The notes beneath the pieces are model-generated. The model saw only the letters and a program-made list of their open reading frames with translations, had not been told where the DNA came from and searched no databases. A DNA stretch of 64,000 bases from Takakia lepidozioides (Eukaryota > Plantae > Bryophyta), in NCBI GenBank assembly GCA_030704615.1, contig CM060731.1, forward strand, positions 25,172,001 through 25,236,000, in the 5' to 3' direction. Of this stretch, positions 54,010 to 64,000 are shown in pieces. Both the position numbers and the translations under genes were made by a program. Position 1 is the stretch's first letter. The number at the start of each line of letters is the position of its first letter.

Positions 54010-56944
54010 CCAATTTCTACCCTCCGTATTGAAACCTTTCCATGGTCACAGCCGTACCTGAACTAAAAAGCCGGCAATAGCCAACTCTCCTCATTTTCGT
54101 AACATTTCTCAACTTCCAGTCCTTGCTGGGTGGGTAGTAGGGTGGCAGGTTGTGGGAATGTGATTGATAGTGGCTCAATATGGTGGTGACGCCTGCCGGT
54201 CTCAGGTGTGACCAGTTTTCCAAAGGGGTGGCGTCCAATGGGGTTTAGTGTGTTTTTTTGAGCTGGAAGCCTTTGCTGGCTTTTGCTTTGGGGGAGGTTG
54301 GGGAAAATGTGTACCAAAAGGGTCTGATTTGAGGTAGGGGTGATTGTTCCTCAGTACAGAAGATGTGCAGTAGAGAGAGGTGCATTGGGTTGATCTATCA
54401 TGTCAACTCTGACACCTGAGCTTAGGAGGAAACGTGTCATAGAATTATTGTGCACTCTCGTCATGGAGATGAACTAAGTCAGAAGCCTGGCAGAGAGAGA
54501 TGTGTTTGACTTCGCTTGCCAAAGGCTTGTGACCATAGACCTGTCTTCAAACAGAGCCCACAGTAGAGAGAAGAATGGGGGAGACAGAGAAGGCTGCAGT
54601 AGTAGTATACCAGGGAGACTAAAGGCAGCCTCCGCTTTACCCAGCTGGTCAGTCAGTGGTCCTGTAATTACCAAACGGGTTTGAAATACTCACGTTGAAA
54701 ATACCAGCCCAATGTAAAGAGCCAGGGGCGCACTTGCAGTGTGATCGGCACTGCTTCGTAAGTAGCAGTGGGAAAACGACTGTTCCTTGTTATTTTGGAA
54801 GCTCGATAGTTGGGGCCTTACCTTCGGTCATAGAAATTCTAAGCATTCCCCCACATGCTTTGACTTTGTTTTGGATTTGTGAGTTGCTGTGTTAATTGTA
54901 GTTATATTCTTAGCCAAGAAACCCTCGGTGTGCAAGCTTGCTGCATTGTGAACGTCATTAGGTATTCCGGTTGCATAGTGCCATGTTGCCTCTGCATGGT
55001 ATCCGAAAGTGATAAAGCATCATCTCCAGGGGTGATCTATAGGGACACCATTACATGTGTTGTAAACTTTCGTTGTTTTAGAACTGCAAGCTAGGCAAAT
55101 AATGAAGCCAATGAAGTGCCCTCAGTTGGTATACCTCGAATACTGGCCACCGCTGGGTCGGAAATGTACATACAGAGATGATAATGCATACATGGCCCAG
55201 TTGTGTTCATGTGATGATGTCTATTCTGTGTTGGAGGAATGAGACTGAATGATGTATCTTGTCTCCTCACGCGGGAGTATGTGTACAGAGAAGATGGTAG
55301 TGTATACATGACCATTTGTGGCCATGTGATGCAGATAGCCAAGGGCCTTGCAGTGTTTGAGTTGAATGATGCACACTGTCCTGTCATAACAAGGAAGAAT
55401 TTATATATCAGGCAAATGCACTCAGTAGTGTCACTTTGGAACTGAGATTTGATGCAAATTATTGACTAGTTCTAAACCAGTTTTGAAGGCAAGCTTACAC
55501 TACAATGCACGACAATTCTGGGTACCCGGCAATAGGGTTGTTTTGGGATGATATTATTTGTTTGCAAAGCCAGCACTGTGCAAACCCTGATGTCTAGTAT
55601 CATAGTCTGGTAACAGTGATGATATTGATATTCTCAGACTTAAACAGAAACAATCCTTTCAAGGTAACCACTACTCATAAATATCCCAGGAAGGTCCGTG
55701 GTAGCCCTGGCTATTGCATGCCTAAAGAGGAGTTGTAAAGCAAAACATCAAACACAAATCGGAGAGACCTCACTTTTCAATTCATTCAAGACTCTTTATG
55801 TTTCCCTTTCCTATTGTTTTGGTTGATTTTAAATCTCTTCTTCTGTACTTGGCAGGCAGCCCAGTGGCCTAGTGTTTGTGTTCCTGCATAGCCAGGTGAT
55901 CCTAGGTGGAACCCTTCAAGTTCAACCGTCTGTGCATTTGCTGGACGCTAACCAAATTTATACTAAATTTTTTGTCTGCTGAATCCAAGTTGACTGTGAA
56001 AGAATATGCTTTTTAGCGGTTACCTGTTATCTTTCTCAGACTTTTGAAGTCATCTCTTTCTGATTACACTTGCAAGTGAGAATGATCACTAAGCTTACTT
56101 TGTGTCTATTGTCTGGGAACGAATGCCATAGTGTTTCAATCCAATGTCATTGTCGTTTTTGAACTCCTGTTTCAGTGTGGAATCTCTGGTTGAGTTTATC
56201 ATTTGCATTTCACTCATATGTACTATTAATGCCGGATGAGGAGTATTCTTGTGGTAGGACACTGGCATGTCTTTTCCTACATGAGTCATCTGTCACTAGC
56301 TAGAACAAAGGAAATTTTAGACATTGTTACTTGCAGTGGATTGAAATGTTTGTGTTTATTAGAGGAATTGTCAGTGGGCAATTTCCTGTCATATACAGGT
56401 GAAGTAGGGCAGGCTTGCTACCTGCATAGCTACAGCCCCAACAATGTAACCAGTGCAAACAAAAGCTTGGCAAGCAACTGCACAAAGAATTTGAAGTGAG
56501 TCAGCAAGACTTTATCTCCATAACATTCTCCATATCTGTGGTTTGGACAATTTCTGAAAGTAGTCACTGTTTGTTCCATTCCATTTATCACCCATCCTCA
56601 CAGAAGCAAATACCATCACATGGCAACAAAAAGGTATTGTACAGCTTGCCCGAACACAGCCTATCAGTGGGGAACAGTCCTCTTCAAAAGATTTTGCTCT
56701 TTCTGTGACAACCTAGAGATGTAAACCTGGCAAAACTTTGGTACTTCCTGTGTGCATTCTCATGAGGGAAGGATACTCTGTATTCTATTCACAATCTACA
56801 TGGTTTGCCTGTACCCTTCGTTAACAGGAGGAATTCAGTGTTCTAATGTACATAATCCTCCCGAAAAGAATTTACTAGTGTAAAGGAATAGCTTCCATGG
56901 TTAGAAGTTTCCAAAAGAATTTGCTAAGTTGACTTGGGATGTAT

Positions 56945-59900
56945 TTAAGGCAGGTCTATGGTCATCAGTGCTGTATCGACATCACAACACACTGGTCCTT
57001 TACCTTGCTCTAAAAGTCGCCAGAGACATTGCATCTGGCGGGGGTTCTGATAGTGGGCTATAGTGTAGCCAGATTCACAGCCCACGTGGAAGAATTGCCC
57101 ATCATTAACGTAGTTAACGTGCTTGCCACGCTGCTGCTTGAAAGCCTCAATCCACATACCCATTGCCACATCTTCCAGCTTGAAGAACTGCATACTCCAG
57201 CACACCACCACCCACAAATTAAAAGTTCCATCCCGACTTCCTAAGGGAGCAGAGAGAAGGGAAGATCTTCTTACAAAAAGAATTATTCAATCCTAAATGG
57301 TAAGCCTTGAGTTTAGCCACATAATTGCAGCTTCCTAGCAAATTGTTAACAACCGCTCTATACCCAATAGCTCATAAATCAAGGTCAGCGCTGCTGCTGC
57401 CTAGGGAGGGGAAGATTACCAACGTACCTTCAAGTCCTTTGCCTCATGGGATTTAACAACAAAATGGGCAATGTCTTCAGAGAACACATAGCCAGGTCCA
57501 TGAGCCCACGGTGGGAAAACAGGGTGAGGCCACTCCTGCAACCAACAGTCACACCATCAACTACAGGAAGAGCAGAATATAAGCAACTTCCAATTAGCGT
57601 ACGTAAAATATCAAGAAGTATCATAGGGGTCATGTTTTTTAACTACATTACCATATTGTTTTAAGCCATTACTTGCACCTTTTATTGACCACTGTGGCTT
57701 TCCTCTTCCCGCTTGACATGACGGTTCATCTCTTCTTTCTGAACTGTCATACATGTGTTTCTGGTAGGAACTGCTATGTAAACAACACTCTGGGTGTACA
57801 TCCAAGTGACTACTCAAAAATGTGTCAGACTGACACAGGTTACATGCCTAGAACTCAGTCTCGCGCCGAATACCTCAGGCACACTAGGGCTGCTAAAGGG
57901 CACATCCTGCATTGATCTACCAAGGGTCCCTTGTTGATTGTAACCTCTCAACACAGCACTGCCAGTGCGACCTGAGAGGCAAGACCGTACCTCAAATGTG
58001 ACATACCACTTGCTGGACGGGTCACGTTGCGGTTGGTCAGAGAAACTTATTAGGCCGTAAAGAAGACTATTGTTGTGCTTGGTATTGTGGATAGCATCTG
58101 CGACTGCATCCACTCGCACGAATGTGTCATCATCTGTTTTCATCACGTACTTTGCTTCCACACCCTTGGTCTGTCCAAGCCCCACAAGCAGTAGCTTACT
58201 TTCAGACTCTGATCCATGTGAATACAAGTTGCAGGCAAGTCATACCTCTTGGTGCTAAAAACCTACACCAACAGTAAGATACCCAGTCAGCCATGGCTCT
58301 CTCTCTCCCTCTGCTCTCTCCTCATTCAGTCGATCAAATTACTTCTTTCATTTCTTCGCTCTCTCTTCTGCCAAAGACTTTGATCAGAGGGTGGATCTAA
58401 TTCTGTCAAACCCAGAACCCCCTCTATATATCTCTTTCCTCAGACAATAAATGACCATTTCAAAACACAGGGCATGAGCTTGACATAGGGAACTCCCGCA
58501 CACATCTGGGTGTGCTTGTTTGCAACTCCATCACATATGACTTTGCAGCCGAATCAGACTCAATAGAGGCTTTGACTCCTAGTGTTTCATTTTGAGCACC
58601 AACTTGGGCCTGATTCTCTAATGTTGCTTCATTTTTCGTCCTCGTCAGTGATTCCAATATAACTTTCTTTGCCCTCTTTTCTTTCTTTCTTTTTTTTCTT
58701 TGCATCTCTGCCATTATCACACTCCTCTGGAAAGCTTAGTGACTACCCACAAGGGTTTTTCATGTAGCCGACACCAGAGGGTACAGTCAAGAAGGATATT
58801 CCTCTGCCATTTTCACCGTTAACCCATGGCCTCCCCTGGATGTATACTTGTTTTCTTATTCTTTCTTGAGGTGTGAATGGAAGTGACTCCACAGCCACAT
58901 TGCAAATCTGTACACAGAGTACAGAACCAGTCCCGATATCCGCATCATGCTTTCTGGTATGATGTTGATGCCACCCCTCACATCAGCACTAAATTCATTG
59001 TAAGCGGATTTTTGTCGACTGGGAGTCAACACAAAGGCACTTCCTGGACCTCGCTCATGGAGGTTGTCCAGGGTCAAATGCTAAAAGCCATCAAACTCAA
59101 CTGGCGTGTGCTGGAGACAATAGAACATGGTCCAAGAAGCCGCAGGTGAAGGCATTAGCTCACCAAAATGCAGATGCCCTTGTTAGGTTGTATCAGTCAT
59201 TGCAAAGTGCCTCAGAAAGAGGGCAACTTACAGACTGAAAAACAGGTTTTCTCCTCCCTCTTCAGGCTTCATACATTCAGCCCAACAGCAGCAAGGAGAC
59301 CCTTAGTAAAACGGAAACACATACCGCAAAGATACAGATGGCAAGAGTCTTGAATGTAATGAGGTTGTAGTAGTCCACAAATGGCAGTAGCTGCATATCC
59401 CCATAAGTGAGTGCTTCATTCTGCAGCGCCTTATTCACCTGCTGGTTCTTATGCTGGCCCCCAGAAGTGCCACAGAGCCTGTGAGAGATTGTCACATCCT
59501 CCAGCAACCGAACAAAAACAACGTAAGAGAGAACGACTGCAATTATTGAAAAGGTTGCTGATTCGCAGGATCCAAGCAAGCAGGAGTAAAAATTTGACCA
59601 CAGAAAATACCAGACATAGGACCCCGCAAAGTGGGCTGGGCCATGGTAGTTACCAGTCCCACAAAAAAACGGACAGCAACTGAGCCATTGCGCACGATTG
59701 GGTACTGCATCCAGGACCGGCGCACCCCCATCCTTCGGTCAAAGTTGTTGCTGGTGGAGAAGATTCCTATAAACAGCTCCACTTGTTGGGGTAGTGGTGG
59801 TGCTTTCAGAGAGTTCAGATCGGGCACAAGCGCTGCATCCTCTGAGATGGGTAGTCCATTTACAATCACTGACGGTGTCTTCAGATCACCTTGTATTCGC

Positions 59901-61683
59901 ACTCCATTCACCAAAGAGGGCTCCAGGTTCTGCAAGGAATCTTTAATATCACTATGCATCACATGCAGGGTTCAGCAGAGGTGGTTGACTCCATCTAGCA
60001 TAAAGCAGCTTGCTAATACTTCGTCACCTGCAGGACACAATCTCTATCCATCTTTCCCCCTGACCTTCTTTTTCCTACTCTCCGCAAAGCTGTCCACCAA
60101 CCCAAGGAAAAAGAAAAGCACACCACATATTTGACACTTACCCTGGCCACATGAATGAAACCAAAACCAGGTGGAAATTTTGGTATTGTTGCCCTCCTTG
60201 CTTTTGGAAGTCAACCATAGAAAGGATACTTCGCCCCATTCAGGTCATCCCAAGTTCAGGCCAATGTCGGAGGTCAACCCAATGTAACTAGTCTCACCGG
60301 CAAGATGGAGCAAACCAGTTGGCTAGCAAGGCGTGAGACTTTGGCGGATCACAAGAACAGTGGGAAGGCTACCAACCCGTAGCAGGATATCTGAGGACCG
60401 GATATCATGCCTAAAATCCCAATGCCCTGCAGAGACCCAGCATTCCTGAATGGACATGTCCTAGCTACCTTGGGTTGATGGGCTCCAAAGTCAAGGAGTG
60501 GTCATCTAATAACAAAGACAGTAAACAGAAGGGGAGGATTGCCACACAACCTGGCGGTATTCGAAAGATGAGGTATGTCTCCCATTGACTGTCATGTGGA
60601 AGCCCTCCCACCCCACCCACAGTGTTGCTGCAAACGAAAATCCTTCAGTAAAAGGAAACCAAGGTTTTGCTTCTACAGTGGGATTTAAATGTGACCGCTT
60701 TCCAGGGCCAGACTCCTTCATTGAGATGACCTTCCCAATTTGTGGCATGCAGCGCTCCAGGCCATCCACTGTCACACCCCATTCATCCCACAAGCACACA
60801 CTCTGTAACAGCCTGCATTGAATGTGGGGTTTTGCAAAATGTTGGTCTACGCTGTCTATCCATACATTTATGAAATAGGTTAGTTCTTCCTGTCTCCTGC
60901 ATGTGTACACAAAACTCTTTTCACTATAAGATGCCCACCTAGATTTCTCTCATCAGCATTGGGTGGAGGACAGCGCTCTTCTTCACCCCACTCTACGTCA
61001 TTGGTCCATGTGTTCATGACAATGACAGCATGATTGGTAATCCTGTCACCTCGTAGCCGCACTGAGTACTCAAGGACAATTGGCGGATCTGCTTCCCCAG
61101 GGAGCCTGGCTCCCAACAACTGAATGGCGAATTTTCCAGAAAGACCTCGTGGTGTTCCAACTACTGTGATGGAAGACTCCAGCACCATCCCACATGGAAT
61201 TTCAAGCTCCAAAGGTTGGCGCTTATGGGCAGTTTGATTTAAAGTGTCTATGGAGTAGGGACACTGTTTGTCAGAGCCCTTGCCCCCCAATGGTGTTCCG
61301 ATCTGTGTCCCAGTCTTGTTTTCAGCAGACTCTATTAGCTCACGCCAAGCTAACAGGCCTTCATCAACAGCCCCCTGAGCTTCTGGTGGAAAGGACTCAG
61401 GAATGGACACCATCAGCATGAAGTTATCCCATCCAGGAAATGCCATCAGGTGGGCCAACTTTGATTGATTGCCAACCATGGATGCCGAGAAATTTGATGG
61501 TTCCAGTTGCAGCTTGATGTCACTAATCCTCATTCCTGGTTGAAATGATTCGACAGTATGAAATTGGGAGAGTAGTACTCCAATGGAACGATTTCCCACA
61601 AAGTTAAGAGACATAGTACTCATTACAATAAATATGACCATAACAAGCATCAAAAGCAGACCCCCTGGAAACCTCCTTGTCAT
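56945..61683 (-). CDS. GALT1: GT31 beta-1,3-galactosyltransferase with galectin domain, GALT1-like; exons 61683-60939, 60768-60551, 59929-59654, 59453-59325, 58170-57991, 57535-57428, 57187-56945
   Basis: N-terminal TM ([11 protein letters not shown]...), [84 protein letters not shown] (DxD), [21 protein letters not shown] and [13 protein letters not shown]. Confidence 0.93.
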
Positions 61684-64000
61684 TGTTCTGAGAATTGTCC
61701 AGATCGATAATGTGCTTCCCAATTCTCTCTCTCTCCCACATAGGGGCTTTTCAAGGACGTTATAAACTCCTCCCTCACTTCAAAGTTATTGATCTCTTCT
61801 CCTTCTACTTCTTCTGTTCCTCTCCCTCTCTCCCAAGCGACTACTACTCACCAAACCCTACTGTACATTAGCCAATGTCTGTCCTGGAGTCTCCTCTATC
61901 TCTCGAGATCCTTCTACCAAGAAAAAATACACGGAAAGCGCCATCCTGTGCTTTCCAACTCGCAAACCAGAGGAAGTAAACAACTGAGGAAAAGAAACAT
62001 CTCCTTTAAATGCCCCCCCGGGCGACTCCCACTTCTCCCTGAGCGCTGCTCTCAGGTGTCAAGCTGCGAATTACCCAAAAAATGGGTTCTTGGGGCTGAA
62101 AAGAGTCCTATGACCTTTCCGTATATGATGTTGGATTGCCAGGCTGCAAGGCTGGCCCTGCTTCGAAAGGCTTGCAGAACCACAACAGAAATTTCACACC
62201 TTTCCCCTCAGATGATGATGAGACGAATCGCATTTGACTAAGATCTCCACAACTCCTCTCCTTGCAAGAAGGAAGCTCCCCAAAAGACTGGCTCACAAAG
62301 TCCATTAGAGTTTAGCCTCTTGGATCTGCCGATGCATCACACACATCTCAATTACTGCCACGACAGCATGACTGCTGGGCTGGAGAAGAATTGGTCTCTA
62401 CAGCCAGAGTGCCTCGAATTCCAACTTGTGGCCTCAAAAAACCAACTTGGCGAGTTTGGCCCTCATAGTAATACTCCATCTCGAAGGCATGGATCAGGAG
62501 CTAACACCAAATTTAGAAAATTTTAACCGATCTGAGAGGAGCCCATCAAACAAAACTTATCCCTAATCATGGAAGCATTTCCTTGCACGGAAGCCACATG
62601 CAGATACCAATTGATGCCATATGCAATTGTAGAACACAGGTCAACTATTATACGGTAGCTCCCGCGGACAGACAGACAGCGAAGATCTTTGTCAGCTCAG
62701 GAAACCCGAACAGCTTCAGACACCCAAACACAAAACAGGAGTGCGGGGCAAATTACAATGAACGAGCGAGGGGCTGAACAAAAGCAACCCATCACAGACA
62801 AGATCCGATATCCTGAGCATTACAATCGGCCCGTAATAAGAAAATAAGGCATCACTGTAACAGAGGACAATCCAAGACCAATGAATCCAAGGGTGTACCC
62901 AGTACTGTCGAACCCAGGCGTTACTTCTTTCAAGTCACCCATCAGGACAGATCCAGCCGTGCCACTGACGCCATCCATCGAAGACCTTGGCTCCCATATT
63001 CTTCGTTCTCGGTACTTGTTCTTTGCGGCTCCTTCTCACTTGGACTTGTTGTGTGCTGCAACGTGGCATGTTGTTCAGCATATGCTTGACCCTTCCATTC
63101 TCTCACGTCTGCAGTGCGTTGCTTTGACTCTTCTGCCTCTGAAACAACACTTGTTTATTGTCATGGTCTCAAAGTGCATGCCCACGTTGTGTGTGTGCCA
63201 AACAAGTCTTTGCCCACCCGCCCTACAAACACCCTCTACACTTACTAACTTGGGAAAAGGCCTGTCCCATGACTTTGTTGGATGCCTAGACAGGTATTGC
63301 AACACAAAACTCACACAAGACCTCAGAATTGCACTGTTGGGTTGTGCACTTGCCGGCTACAGCCATCTCTCGTCTCATGTGACACTTAGAACATTTCTGT
63401 CTGACCCCATCGCATTCAATGTTTTGTAAATGTTGGGCCTCAACTGTCCCAATGTGAAGTCACCCACAAGAGCCCACAAGTTTGTGAGCATCTTCAAGTA
63501 GCACTAAGTATTGAATGGCAGGCTGGCGTTGCTTAGGAGATGCAAACAGCAGCTCTCCTTTGGTTAATTTTTTTTCTTTTGGTGTTTGTGTACTTGTCAT
63601 GTACAGATGAGGCACACAGAAAATGATTCCCACACAGACTTCATGCCTTCACCAACCAGCCAAAAGATTTTTGAATGGAGGCTGTGGTGTGGGTTTGTCA
63701 CCATGTGGTGAGGGTCAGCATTGTAAAGATGTTATGCCGTGGTACTCTCCCATGTAGAAAGGACAGATAAAGGGATGTCAGACAATTTAGTCGTTTCAGG
63801 CATTGTGGGGTTGAGGTAATTTCTTTTAGGTAATAATATTGGTATAAAGTGTCCCCTGCTCAAATGTTGGAATTTTTATTTTAGTTTTCAATGGTACCCA
63901 GATCCATAGCTCAAAGGCAAAGCCTAGGTTCTTCCTTGTCCAACTCGGCCAAGAGTTGGTATCCTAGAAGACGTTGTCCTACTTTTTGGCCACTAGAAAT

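Noticed and set aside
62881-63429. 182-aa plus-strand ORF
   Set aside because: No motif and no splice context. It lies upstream of GALT1 and is probably non-coding.

Overview
This is eukaryotic land-plant DNA, probably from a bryophyte or other non-seed plant (inferred from gene content and intron style). It holds six recognisable spliced genes: an RmlD/MAT2B-like reductase (runs off the left edge), HCT (a BAHD acyltransferase), a small heat-shock protein with heat-shock elements, a coclaurine-N-methyltransferase-like SAM methyltransferase, a CCT-motif gene and a GALT1-like GT31 galactosyltransferase. Two transposon-rich islands lie between them. Island 1 (2.0-18.9 kb) carries a decayed Helentron/Helitron2-type rolling-circle element (OTU, Cys motifs, DUF6570, Rep, PIF1 helicase, possible RPA). 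Its 5' half is inverted, with both breakpoints at a TTTTA microhomology inside the DUF6570 domain. A higher-order tandem array and MITE ends follow it. Island 2 (26-33.7 kb) carries two diverged remnants of a Crypton-like (DUF3504/ZMYM-type) tyrosine recombinase gene that appear to share an intron position, each with an inverted repeat upstream. They lie in the same orientation on either side of a Crinkler/RHS-type NTPase-REase pseudogene and a tRNA-derived SINE. The Crypton-like family and the Crinkler remnant are the most unusual signals. All domain assignments come from motif recognition by eye; no database searches were run.
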